Position numbers and translations under genes: made by a program. Positions 13,956-27,131 of a stretch of 64,000 nt of DNA are shown one piece after another. Position 1 is the first letter of the stretch. Each line of letters begins with the position of its first letter. The notes under the pieces were generated by a model. The model was not told where the DNA came from, ran no database searches, and worked only from the letters and a program-made list of their open reading frames with translations. Source of the stretch: Octopus bimaculoides (Eukaryota); NCBI RefSeq assembly GCF_001194135.2, contig NC_068990.1, positions 67,540,454 through 67,604,453 of the forward strand, read 5' to 3'.

Positions 13956-14364
13956 CACCTATATATATTATATCATATCATCTTTTATATAGCCAATGGT
14001 TATAGCCACTCAGAAAGTTAGCATTGTTTTTAACATTGCTTTCAGCAGTATGAGTGATCCATCAGTCCTGCTGCTCAGAGGCACATAACTTCTTTACTAA
14101 TGGAAGTAAGAATTCAGCACGCAACTGGAACACAAGTGGAACCATTTAAAAGAAGAATTTTGTTTCAGTGAGGCTATTTTCCATCACTATGTAGACTAAA
14201 ACAGTATACTTACTTCCAACAGCAAAAGAGCTATATGCCTCTGGCCAGTAGGTTCACTGAGTCACCCATATTGCTAAAAGCAATAATAGTCATGAAACCA
14301 ATGGTAACTTCCTGGCAGGCCATACTTTGTAACTACATTGATTTTTTTTTTGACTTATGAACAA

Positions 14365-14735
14365 CTGATAGCTTACATCTTTTACTTGTTTTAGTCATTT
14401 GACAGTGGCCATGTTGGGGCACCGCCTTAAAGGGGTTTTAGTCAAACAAGTCAACTCCATGACTGTTTTTTTTTGTAAACATAGTACTTATTTTCTCGCT
14501 CTCTTTTGCTGAACCACTAATTTACAGTGATGTAAACACACCAACACTGGTTGTCAAGCAGTGGTGGGGTCCAAACAAAATAAAGATACAATGACACATA
14601 TACACACATATAAATACACACACACACACATATATATGACAGGCTTCTTTCAGTTTCAGTCTATGAAATTGACTCACAAGTTGCCAAGGTATGTGTTTGG
14701 GAAACAAGTTTCTTATCACACAGCCATGCATGCAC
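14365..14735 (-). mobile_element. Family A SINE with partly deleted head
   Basis: cttttacttgttttagtcatttgacagtggccatg body, (CA/TA)n, then head ending ttcttatcacacagccatg. Confidence 0.75.
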
Positions 14736-14808
14736 TTATAAGTGTGTGTGTGTATGTATATATACATACATATATANNNNNNNNNNNNNNNNNNNNNNNN
14801 NNNNNNNN

Positions 14809-14847
<39 letters not shown>

Positions 14848-14867
14848 CACACACGTACATATATTAT

Positions 14868-15048
14868 ATGATGGGATTCATTAAGTTTCTGTTTACCAGA
14901 TTTACTCACCAAGTGTTGATCAGCCTGTAGCTGTAGTCGAAGACACTTGCCCAAGTTGCATACAGTGGGATTGAACTCAAAACCAAAACAGATGGTGACA
15001 ATTCAAGCTTCTTAATCACACAAGGATACAGCCATGCTTACACCTATA
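14868..15048 (-). mobile_element. Family A SINE head
   Basis: gaagacacttgcccaag...aagcttcttaatcacac..cagccatgcttacacc is the reverse complement of the family head. Confidence 0.7.
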
Positions 15049-15161
15049 TATATATATATTTATTTGTTTGCATGTATTAACAAATTTGTATGTACATATA
15101 TATATACATACATGTATATATGTGTATACATATAGATGATGGTAAGATAGATATATATATA

Positions 15162-15570
15162 GGCACAGGCATGGTTCTGCGGTAAGAAGCTTGTTTCCCA
15201 ACCACATGATTCTGGGTTCAGTCCCACAATGTTGCACCTTGGGTAAGTGTCTTCTACTATAGTCTCAGGCTGACCAAAGCCTTGTGAGTGGATTTTATAG
15301 ACAGGAACTGAAAGAAACCCATCATGTGTGTGTGTGTGTGTGTATGTGTCTGTGTGTGTGTGTCTGTGTTTGTTCTCCACCATTGCCTAACAACTGATGC
15401 TGGTGTGTTTACATTCCCATAACTTAGTGGTTTGGCAAAAGAGCCCGATAGAATAAGTACTAGGTTTACAAAGAATAAGTCCTGGGGTCAATTCATTCCA
15501 ATAAAGGTGGTGCTCCGGCATGGCCACAGTCAATTGATTGAAACAAGGAAAAAATAAAGAATAAAAGAAT
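15162..15570 (+). mobile_element. Near full-length family A tRNA-derived SINE
   Basis: Head ggcacaggcatggttctgcggtaagaagcttg...gggttcagtccc (A/B-box-like), central (TG)n, 3' body ending aaaataaagaataaaagaa. Confidence 0.85.
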
Positions 15571-15994
15571 ATATATATATANNNNNNNNNNNNNNNNNNN
15601 NNNNNNNNNNNNNNNNNNNNNNNNNNNNNNNNNNNNNNNNNNNNNNNNNNNNNNNNNNNNNNNNNNNNNNNNNNNNNNNNNNNNNNNNNNNNNNNNNNNN
15701 NNNNNNNNNNNNNNNNNNNNNNNNNNNNNNNNNNNNNNNNNNNNNNNNNNNNNNNNNNNNNNNNNNNNNNNNNNNNNNNNNNNNNNNNNNNNNNNNNNNN
15801 NNNNNNNNNNNNNNNNNNNNNNNNNNNNNNNNNNNNNNNNNNNNNNNNNNNNNNNNNNNNNNNNNNNNNNNNNNNNNNNNNNNNNNNNNNNNNNNNNNNN
15901 NNNNNNNNNNNNNNNNNNNNNNNNNNNNNNNNNNNNNNNNNNNNNNNNNNNNNNNNNNNNNNNNNNNNNNNNNNNNNNNNNNNNNNNNNNNNNN

Positions 15995-16055
<61 letters not shown>

Positions 16056-16974
16056 ATGATTTTCTTTTCCATGGTGGATAGTAAACATGTTGGAAAATTT
16101 ATTTCAGTTTGTACATGCTTTCATGCATTTATTTACTTTTTCCTAGACCAGCTTCAATTTTGCATTGTCATAGCTGAGTTATTTTTTCTTTGTTTCCTGC
16201 CAGTTCTAGCTGTATTGCAGTTTATAGTCGAAAACAGCTTGGGTTTTCAATGTCTATATTTTATTGAGGAAAGAAAATTTCCTTTCTAAGAACTGTTAAA
16301 ACAGATCATGTCAGGTATATTTGTCATTCTGCCAGTAGTAGATAATGGAGGTTGTTTTTTAAGGCTTAACTAAACCCTACTCAATCTTCTCTAAAAGACT
16401 TGTGAGTAGCTTTAGCATAAACTTGTGGAGATAGAGCCATCTTTCATTTCATAAAAAAACAAATGTATTTCAAATTGTTTATATATATTATACAGACACG
16501 AACACTTATGCACATATGAATGTATGCATACATATATATATACATATATATAATATATATACATGTATGTGTATGTGTGTATGTATATATATATGTTATA
16601 TATAGATACACACATATATATACATTTCTCTTTCTCTCTCTATCTCTCTCTCTCTGTATATATATATATATGTATATATATCTTGAAGCCATGATGAAAT
16701 GACGACAAACATTATATATATACATACATATAATGTTGTTGTCACTTCAACCTGGCCCTTCTATACAAACGGATGTTACATATCAGATGCAGGCTACGTT
16801 GCTAACCAGGTAGAAGAAATGTCCTCTTGGGGTTAAGAAATTGCAGCAACATCTGTTCATGCAGAACAGCCATGTTGAATTGGTGACAAACATTAATTGC
16901 CAGGTCAGTTACTACTTTCATATCTTACAGAGATTTTATAACTAGATGTTTATATATATATATACTGGAGTAAG

Positions 16975-17120
16975 CACATAAATGCAAAACAAGGTGGAGA
17001 AAATAGTACTCGAATACCGGAGGTAGAGTAATGTGTTTTATTGAAAGCTGTCCGATGAATGGGAACGTGAAACTCTGAGTAACAGTGTTTTTGATATTTC
17101 TGATGCTTTTCAATAAAGTA
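16975..17120 (+). mobile_element. Penelope-like element terminal fragment (inferred) carrying a hammerhead motif
   Basis: Short, relatively CpG-rich insert between two (TA)n tracts containing a complete minimal hammerhead fold. PLE assignment rests on the known PLE-hammerhead association. Confidence 0.55.
17048..17085 (+). ncRNA. Minimal type-I hammerhead ribozyme motif (U4C core variant)
   Basis: CTGT-CCGATGA-ATG GGAA CGT-GAA-ACTC T GAGT-A-ACAG: stem I CUGU/ACAG, stem II with GNRA loop, stem III ACUC/GAGU, predicted GUA cleavage triplet. Confidence 0.75.
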
Positions 17121-18714
17121 TATATATATATATATATATATATATNNNNNNNNNNNNNNNNNNNNNNNNNNNNNNNNNNNNNNNNNNNNNNNNNNNNNNN
17201 NNNNNNNNNNNNNNNNNNNNNTCTTATATATATTCACATATACATGTGTGTGTGTGTGTGTATGCATATATATATATATTATAGATGAAGCAGATGGTAA
17301 AAAGTCTATGAAATTTGAATGTCACATTTGGTGTAAACACTATACATTCACATACATACGCATATATAACACACACACACACTCATATATATGTGTGTGT
17401 TAGGTTGCTCTTATGTGTTAGTGGCATCATGTAACCCAGTACAATCTGTCGCATGGTCAGGTCATTGGTGATTAAACCGGTAACCTCACCAAGCTTGCTT
17501 GTTGAGGAGGAAGATTACTGGACACTGTGTGGGCTGAAAATCAAGAACTGTTACAGGGTGGAGAAACTCATGTGAGTTAACAGCCATCCAATCGAGACCC
17601 GATATTCATCGGTCTTGTGGCATACTAGTACAAACAATTGCTATTAGCAGTACTGAAAAGTGCAAATGGTCCTACACAAGCCATTACTACTTTAAACAAG
17701 TCACTGTGTGGGTTCTCCAAAGTATTTGCTTACTCTACTTTTTATCAAACTCATCCTGGAAAAAGAAAAGTAAAAGAGGAAAATAAGTAAAATTCTTTCG
17801 CCCCACCCATGCTTTGAATACAAAAGAATCCATCAAACATACAAACATGCAGACAGACAGATATACATATATGTGTGCATGCATGATGCATGACTGTACT
17901 TTTCATTAAATGCCATATCAACTTTGGGGAATTCTTTGGACTGAGTAGCTGTATCTTAGACTTTAGACCCCTTCCATTGAGTTTACACCAAATAGCTTTA
18001 CGGTTTTATAGTCAAAAGGAATTCACCTCTAATGCTCATTCTTCGTTTTTTCCCTTTCTTTTTCAGTTTCTTTCACCCTTCCACATTTTGCATCCATCTT
18101 CCTCTCATTTTTATTTTCATTTCTCTTGTTCTTTTCTCCTGATATGTAAATTGCATAGGCCATGTGTTCAAAACCTAGGGATTGCTTGGAGACACTAGGC
18201 ATATTATTAAAACCTGCCTAGAAAACATCTCCAATGTATGAAACTATTAGTAACTCATAGCTATATACTGTGTACACTAAACAATATTCAGACAGAGTAC
18301 ATTTTTTGTTGATTTAACCTTAACAGAAAAGTAAACTATATGTATGTATATATGCATATAGTAGAATGGTCTGGAAGTTAAAGTTGCAGCAAAAGTTTCA
18401 ATTAATTGAATGTCTTATTAAAAGGAAAGAGTTTAAGTGATAACATGGTAACTGGATAAGATCTTTGGAAGGAGATTATTTAGGAACTGTTTTGTTGGTA
18501 TACAAAAAATGAAAATTCATTTCTGTTCTGTCATGTAATCTGTGAAGACTCAATTACCTTAAACACCCCAAGTCTCTCTTGACCTACAGTAAATATATCT
18601 GCCTGTCTGTCTGTTTGTCTATCCATCTATCTGTCTGTCTGTCTGTCTATATATTTCCAATAACTGACTTTTGGCAATATTTCATTCAATACAGCTTGCT
18701 AATTTTATAAGCAA

Positions 18715-18885
18715 ACTATAGCCAAATGCTTAAGATGATTGTTTTGCAACCACAAGTCCCAGGTTCAAATCCACTACATGGTCTCTTAAGTAAGCATGAT
18801 TTTTATTGCTTCAGATTGATTTATATTTCATGAGTGAAACTGGAAAGGCAAAAGCTCTATAGAAACCCTTCACATGAATTGTATC
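18715..18885 (+). mobile_element. Old family A SINE head
   Basis: aaccacaagtcccaggttcaaatccac (B-box-like) and atgagtgaaactggaaagg similarity. Confidence 0.45.
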
Positions 18886-18975
18886 TTTACTTCAGAAGTC
18901 AGGCTTTGGAATTATATTAAGGGTACTTGTAACCATGGGATACTCAGATGTTTACACATTTTACACATTAATTTA

Positions 18976-19030
<55 letters not shown>

Positions 19031-21216
19031 CATATATATGTATAGTTTACTTTTCTGTTAAGGTAAGATCAACAAAAATGTATTCCATCTGATGAGAGAT
19101 AAATATCATTTAACGTACACAATATGTAGTTATGAGCTACTAATAGTTTCGTACATTAGATACTTACTTAGTCTAGGCAGGTTTTTATAACATGCCTAAT
19201 GTCACCATGTAATCTTCAGGTTTTGGTGCTCAGAGCCTCAAGATTACTACATACTGTGTACATTAAATACGATATATGATCCATCCAACATAACTGAATA
19301 ATTATTACTAACAGATGATTGGATCATCTATAACCTAACATGATCATTGTAATTTTATTCGGTTTGTGTTCTTAACATGTAGAGATACTGTTTCCATGGT
19401 AACAAAGTCGTATGTTACATGATGATTCACTCTCATATGAGAAAATCCATTTTACTGTATATACTACAGTGACCTGTTTAAAGAGGCTTACTGGATTTCC
19501 TGATAAAGGAAATCCACTTTCTATAAATTTAATCCTAATTTTCATCATCTTCATCATTTCCTCCATTAAGATTTTTTATTTTGTTTACATTGTTGTCAAA
19601 ATTTTTCATTGGAATTAACAGTTACATAGGAATACATGTCCACTTAAATCAGTAGTTCTTGAAGTGGGTGGTGAAAAATTTTACACTAATACTAGGGTCA
19701 AAATTTTACACAAATACTGGGGTCAACAGTCCAATCATGCTAGCATGAGAAGGAGATATGAATCGATAAAGATGGTTATTTTCAATTTATATCATCTGTG
19801 GTAATCATCTGGTAAGATTTATGGTTGAAATGTTGCTTTGATTTTCGACATATATTAATGCAATGACTTACATACAAGTAATTCTTTTTTTAATGATAGC
19901 CAACTGATCATCTGCAACAACTTTTTAAAGGTTATATAATTTTGTTGAATCACACCAGGGGTGTTATTGACAAAGTGTTTGTAAAAGAAAATGGGTTTGA
20001 GTTAAAACATTTGGAAAGCACTAATTTAGAAGTTTTAATGATAGGAAGATAAAGAGTGGGAGAACACAAAAAGAGATGAAGGAAGACAAAGGAAGAGATA
20101 ATGTCTGCTAAAGTAGGATTTTATTCCTTTACAACATTGTCCTTAAACTAGAATATGATTTTCATGACAAAATGTTTTCATCATTTATCACCAATAACCT
20201 TCACAAGAACCAAAATGAATTATATGCGACCAAACCATTCCTTAGCCTGGAGCTGTTACAACAATAGTTACATTCTTTCTGAAACAAATATCAATTCTAT
20301 CTTTTCTGCTACTCTGAAAATACTGTTTATTACTGCAAACAACCACTGCTGCCACCATCACACCACCATCAACACTACTATCTTTTACACCTTTTTTTTT
20401 TTTGTGAAAAACCTTAAACATTGATGTCATCACTCTTACTACATTGACATTGCCAGCAAGATTGACTACTAAAATGCTCACATTACTACTATTGCTAATC
20501 CTACAAACATCCATCACTTCATGTATCTCACTACAACCTGAACATACCTACATGAAGAAATGGACTTTCCTGGTTAACATGTCTTAAAAGTGCTACAATA
20601 CGATAAGTCTTGTGATGCCCTTTAGAACCATATGGCTAGTGGGATTCCAACGATACTGGAGTTAGTGGAAATGTCTCTTGTCTCTCAAACAAAAATTACC
20701 TTGTCAAAAGCAATCGTTATTAATACACCAAGAGAGAAGTGGATATCACACAGTTAGTAGAGAACTAACAGAAATATTCTTTATGCCTTACTATTCAGAG
20801 TCCCAAATCTATAGAGAATTTCCACACGCATACATACATTCAATTTGATTTTTACATCTGTTTTCTACACTTATATATACATACATGCATACATACATAC
20901 ATACATATCAATAAATATATGTATAAATGCAAGTATGTGTACCCTAATATGCAGATATTTATATATACATATATGTCTACACACACATTTAAGCTACAAC
21001 CATTTCTTTTTCTCTTACAGTGTAACACATAGTTTCTGTATATATTCTACCAGACTTAAATTTTCTACTTTTCTCAGCTATTTTCATTGCTTTTATTTTC
21101 AGTTTCATTTATTCCCTGTCTCTTATGATAATACTAATAGTGAAACTAAATAAAATACTAATACCAATGTTAAAAATAACAATAATGATCAAATAATAAT
21201 AATGATATATAAAATA

Positions 21217-21259
<43 letters not shown>

Positions 21260-21672
21260 TTATTATTATTATGACGCTTGTTGGCTTTACTTTATATATA
21301 TATATATNNNNNNNNNNNNNNNNNNNNNNNNNNNNNNNNNNNNNNNNNNNNNNNNNNNNNNNNNNNNNNNNNNNNNNNNNNNNNNNNNNNNNNNNNNNNN
21401 NNNNNNNNNNNNNNNNNNNNNNNNNNNNNNNNNNNNNNNNNNNNNNNNNNNNNNNNNNNNNNNGTTCTCAGAAATGAAGGAATTTATTCAGGAAAAAAAT
21501 AAAAGAAATATGAAAAATATGAATTACGTCTTCTCTTTAAAATGTTTGAGAGTTCTGTAATTCATGAAACCCGAACGATGGAATTTGATTCCTTGTACAA
21601 ACTCTCACTTTTTGCTCCTCTCGACTTATATTCAGTATTGACCCTGCCTCCACCTGTATCTCCCAGTTGAAT

Positions 21673-21985
21673 CCTGGAAAAATGCCCCAGGAAAAAATGC
21701 CACTTTAAAAATGCAACTAACAGTTTGTTAAACTACCCTAGTAGCATAGTGTAGCGATGTGTTTCAATAAAGATGTGAGTACATTTTGGAGGTAGAGTGA
21801 ATGTAAAATTGTAATTACCTACATCTATTCCTATTTTGGAAAAATTTGAACATGGACTCCATTTTTACCCATGATACTTTATTGTTGAATTTTTACAAGT
21901 GACCTTTTTGCTGTCACATTTTTACTGTAACATTTTTTCCTGTGGCATTTTCCCAGTGGCATTTTTCTTGGTCACTTTTCCATCA
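21673..21985. mobile_element. Foldback-type MITE with inverted subterminal 14-15-bp tandem repeats
   Basis: Left ggaaaaatgcc and ggaaaaaatgccac (21676-21703); right about six units of consensus gtggcatttttcct (21899-21985) in the opposite orientation. Confidence 0.55.
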
Positions 21986-22299
21986 CTGGGTCAACCTCTA
22001 TCCCCATCTCTAAACAACAGTCATACTCCTTTCACATACTCATGAAACTAACTTATCACCATCACCCACTCTTTTTGTTACTCCCTTCTCTATCTTATAT
22101 TCACCTTGAGCCTCGAAGGTACATTCTTGCTGTTTATCTCTTTCCAGCTAGGGTAGCCATGTAGCTCTTCTGCAAGATACCTGTTACTGTCCCCTTGTCA
22201 TACTTTAGCCTCTCAATACTTGGTATAAAACAAACTTCCTACATACTGAAGTGCTATTATATTATGACTTGCAAGATACTTGCTGACTTCACTAGAGCT

Positions 22300-22495
22300 G
22301 GTGTCATGAAAAAGCACCCAGTACATTCTGTAAAGTAGTTGGTGTCAGAAAAGAAAGCATCCAGCAGTAGAAAACATGTGAAAGAAGTCACTGGAGTTCA
22401 GCACAATCCTTTGACTTACTGGTTCTTGTTCTACCATCCAAACTATGGCAGCATGGAATACAGATATTAAATGACAATCATAATAATGATAATGA
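22300..22495 (+). mobile_element. RTE-family 3' UTR fragment
   Basis: aaaaagcacccagtacattctgtaaagtagttggtgtcag...agcatggaatacagatattaaatga is the reverse complement of the (CAT)n-headed repeat family. Confidence 0.6.
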
Positions 22496-22841
22496 GTTCT
22501 GCAGAAATACACTATTTTTGGTTACATTATATCTTAAAATAATGAAATGGAGAATTTACTAAAAAAACTATCATTGAACCGGTATTTGGATCATAATTTT
22601 ATATGAAATTCCTTTGAGAGAAGGAATCCACCTGGTGGTCATTCCTCTTTATACATATTTATATATATATATATATATATATATAAGCAATGTTAATTCT
22701 CTAAATGAAGTATTAACAGTAACTGCACGATAAAGTGTAGTATATTGCCACTTAAGTGTGGCTGACCCCTAGGGGTGGATGTTACTGTTGCTTTTAGCCC
22801 CAGGAGGACATCTCCTCCAGCTGGCTTATCGACACACGACT

Positions 22842-23514
22842 NNNNNNNNNNNNNNNNNNNNNNNNNNNNNNNNNNNNNNNNNNNNNNNNNNNNNNNNNNN
22901 NNNNNNNNNNNNNNNNNNNNNNNNNNNNNNNNNNNNNNNNNNNNNNNNNNNNNNNNNNNNNNNNNNNNNNNNNNNNNNNNNNNNNNNNNNNNNNNNNNNN
23001 NNNNNNNNNNNNNNNNNNNNNNNNNNNNNNNNNNNNNNNNNNNNNNNNNNNNNNNNNNNNNNNNNNNNNNNNNNNNNNNNNNNNNNNNNNNNNNNNNNNN
23101 NNNNNNNNNNNNNNNNNNNNNNNNNNNNNNNNNNNNNNNNNNNNNNNNNNNNNNNNNNNNNNNNNNNNNNNNNNNNNNNNNNNNNNNNNNNNNNNNNNNN
23201 NNNNNNNNNNNNNNNNNNNNNNNNNNNNNNNNNNNNNNNNNNNNNNNNNNNNNNNNNNNNNNNNNNNNNNNNNNNNNNNNNNNNNNNNNNNNNNNNNNNN
23301 NNNNNNNNNNNNNNNNNNNNNNNNNNNNNNNNNNNNNNNNNNNNNNNNNNNNNNNNNNNNNNNNNNNNNNNNNNNNNNNNNNNNNNNNNNNNNNNNNNNN
23401 NNNNNNNNNNNNNNNNNNNNNNNNNNNNNNNNNNNNNNNNNNNNNNNNNNNNNNNNNNNNNNNNNNNNNNNNNNNNNNNNNNNNNNNNNNNNNNNNNNNN
23501 NNNNNNNNNNNNNN
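22842..23514. other. Largest of 14 assembly gaps
   Basis: Other gaps: 7418-7719, 14777-14808, 15582-15994, 17146-17221, 21308-21463, 32686-32695, 33036-33183, 35476-35485, 36531-36800, 43081-43243, 49120-49660, 56948-56957, 62890-62930. Confidence 0.99.
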
Positions 23515-23559
<45 letters not shown>

Positions 23560-24101
23560 TGAGGAAAGAAAGTAGACAGAGAGGCAGTTGGATATACCAA
23601 TGCCTGTAAATAAACAAATGCTCAAAAGTTTGCAGCTGTTTATTTGTCATTTCATATCTTCTGGGTTGATATGATGGAATGATATCAATGGAAGGATTGG
23701 AAGATTTACTTCATATTTTGGTGAAACAGCTCCAGTACTCAGAGGAACAGAGTGAATAGGCTTTAACTTGTGAAGCATATTAATCTAAAGTTTCTCTCTA
23801 ATTCATACTCACTTCCCAAACAGAGCAATATGTGTAATCTAAGGCATAAAGAAATACATATGCACAAAACAGACACACACACACACACACACATACACAC
23901 ACACACATACACACACACACGCATATGCATGCATAAATTCACATGTGCACATGTGAATGTGTGTGTGTGCATGTGAATGCATGTGTGTGTGTGTTTGTGT
24001 GTGCATGTGTATTCAGTAAAGGAAGAAGAGATCTAGGCTGCTGGATACAGCAATGCCTAAAAAAATTACTATCACCAAATAGAGCAATATATATATATAT
24101 A

Positions 24102-24485
24102 TCATCATCATCGTTTAACGTCCGCTTTCCATGCTAGCATGGGTTGGACGATTTGACTGAGGACTGGTGAAACCGGATGGCAACACCAGGCTCCAGTCTA
24201 ATTTGGCAGAGTTTCTACAGCTGGATGCCCTTCCTAACGCCAACCACTCAGAGAGTGTAGTGGGTGCTTTTACGTGTCACCCGCACGAAAACGGCCACGC
24301 TCGAAATGGTGTCTTTTATGTGCCACCCGCACAAGCCAGTCCAGGGGCACTGGCAACGATCTCGCTCGAAAATCCTACGGGAGCCAGTCAGGCGGTACTG
24401 GCAACGGCCACGCTCAAAATGGTGCATCTCATGTGCCACCCGCACAAGAACCAGTCCAGGGGCACTGGCAACGATCTTACTTGGC
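24102..24485 (-). mobile_element. Young RTE 3' UTR fragment with internal hairpin modules
   Basis: atcatcatcatcgtttaacgtccgctttccatgctagc tail; many CpGs retained; repeated GCCAGT-N8-ACTGGC units. Confidence 0.8.
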
Positions 24486-27073
24486 ATATATATACACATA
24501 CACATACCCATACATATATGCATACACATACACAAGTGTGTGTGTTGTGCATGCAGGTTATCAAGGACAGACTGCTTTGAGCGTAAAAGCTGGAGTGAGT
24601 AAGGAATATGTTACAGTTTAAATATTATTTGACATCATTTCTTTTATCAATGTAATAAATAATTCCTGACTTAAATACATAATTTAGCAAAATGTTTTGA
24701 AAGTGCATGTGTAAATTAGTGTGAATACCTTTGGGTGTGCATTCCTTTACAGAAGTCTTTTAGTGCAATAATGTGCTTTAAAAAAAAAAAGTTTGTGTGG
24801 GAGCATACTCACAACAAACTAAAATATCATTTGTGTATTTCAATTTGTTGTCAAATATTTCATAATATCAACTGACTACCAGACGTTCTTGTGTTGTTCT
24901 TTCAATTATATTATGCCAAATGTTAGCCAAATTGATAATATCACATAACTGACAATAAATATTTTCTTTGAAGAATTAATACACAAATATTTTACAATCT
25001 CCATCTGGAAACATTTAGAAATATATGGGACAAAATCTTTTGACATTACAAAAGTTGCAACCAAGCGTTACAGAGCTCTTTGTTTTAAGGGAATTTTCAA
25101 TGTAAACATTGGAAGAATTTTTGTTTTGTACTTAAGCTACAGCAATCTTATGATTATCTCTTTTACCTTCAAGAATATTAATCATAGCTATAAGAGTTCT
25201 TCTGTTCAGGTAGAATCTAGTGGCAATAGGATTTCCTAACACCTTTAAAATCAACAATAGACTTCATTCTTTCAAATTATCATTTCATGTCTAATAATTA
25301 TTATATCATCCTTTTTCATCTTCTTCATCCTCACCATTTCATTCATTGATCATACAAGTTTTAAAACTATCCATTCTTATGTGAATACAAGCAGCATACT
25401 ACACATCATATTTTTTTAAAATCCATTTATACTCAGAAATAAGGGAAACAAAAGGATAAAAAAATATTTAAAAAACATATCAAAGTTAATTATTTGATGT
25501 GCAATTCTAATTGTTCACCATTTTTTCTTACTAATTACCATTCTGATATATTCCATTGTGTGTCTAATAATAGTTCATACTATGACATGCCAAGCAGGGT
25601 ATTAATGTATTGTAGAAACAAAAGGTAAACAAAATGTATTTATAATGTATTAAATGATATAATTTGTCATAATTTTTCTGTCTCTCTCTTTTTTTTAATA
25701 TTATTTTACTTAATCAGATTTAATTAGGAATTTTAATAAATTTAGAAAATGATTTAAGGAAATAAAATAAGTGGATGGGAATCTGTGGATAATGCTTTTA
25801 AAAGTGATAAGTGGAGGCAAAATGAATGGAATAGTTTTGAAATAAGTTTGTCAACAATAATAAAACGAAGAAAGTGCAATTTGACCAAAATTCCAAAGAA
25901 AAAAAAATGGATGACTAGGACTAGAACCTGAAATTTAAAAGTTAAAAAGATGAATATTATACTAAATTATAATATTAAAAATATAGAAATTAAAATACAT
26001 CTTCTATTCTGCCTCAATACTTGTGAAAATAGTTTCATATTGTGCAATCCAAGCAAAAAATGGTAAATTAATGTGGATGTGCAGAACTATATCTAAAAAC
26101 AAAAGGTGAGTTTTCAGTGTCACTGTGAGATTCTCAATGTCAGAAAATAGTTTAAAGAATCATTATTAATATATTTTTTTTATATGATATTTACATTTTT
26201 TTGTTTGTTTTATGAAAAATATGGGTAAATGATTACATAGACATTTTTACATTAAAAATAATTGCTATACTTATCATAAGTATCAGCATATATACATATA
26301 CGCATATATATATATTTATATTTATACGTATTATTTTTTATCCTGTTTATTCAAGGAAGATGAAAGTATTTTAACAAAAAAAAAAAAAAAAAAAATCAAA
26401 AACTAGAAAAATTGAATTATTTCATTTAACACAATATTCATAGTTAAGAAACAAAATACACAGTGAAAGAAAAAAAAACAAATAAAGAAATAATGATGGA
26501 GACAAGAGAACATACATAAAAAAGACGTTATCAATATACATAAATATATTTTAATCTTGCAGCAAATCAGGTGATAACTTAAAATTGCTCTACAAAATGT
26601 TTACTAAAGACACAACAAAATATGTAAAATAATATGAGGACATTTTGTGGTGACAGAAAAAAATGTGTTTCCATTTTTTATTTTTTGTATTCGTAAAATG
26701 CATGTATGTATGAATGCAAATATGTGAAATAGCACATCTATTCATATATTTTTACAGATATCAAAGAGTGTATGTAGATGCATGAATGTGTAACAACAGT
26801 TACATGCAAATAGAAACAATATATATTTTTGGTGTGTATAAGGAGTACACTATCTACTCTATAAATATTAAAGGCTTCCATACAAATATCTAACAAAAAT
26901 CTCCACTTCTTCAGTGGACTGAACCCTAAAGGTTGCTGAGTTGAAATAATGATCTTTATTATCAATAATTTGGAACCATGTTTAGAAAACTATGTGAAAG
27001 TATTTAGTTTGAATGTGAGAGATCTAAGTACTCACACATTTTTTCCTTACATAATTGACAGCTATATATAATC

Positions 27074-27131
<58 letters not shown>

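Noticed and set aside
14214-14273. 60-nt minus-strand exon candidate with good splice sites
   Set aside because: Stop codons in all three frames; at most a non-coding exon.
15162-15235. tRNA gene call for SINE heads
   Set aside because: A/B-box-like motifs are present, but they run into SINE body sequence and I could not fold a full cloverleaf.
22735-22841. GC-richer fragment with a cccctagggg palindrome at a gap edge
   Set aside because: Probably a young repeat end, but truncated by the gap and not classifiable.
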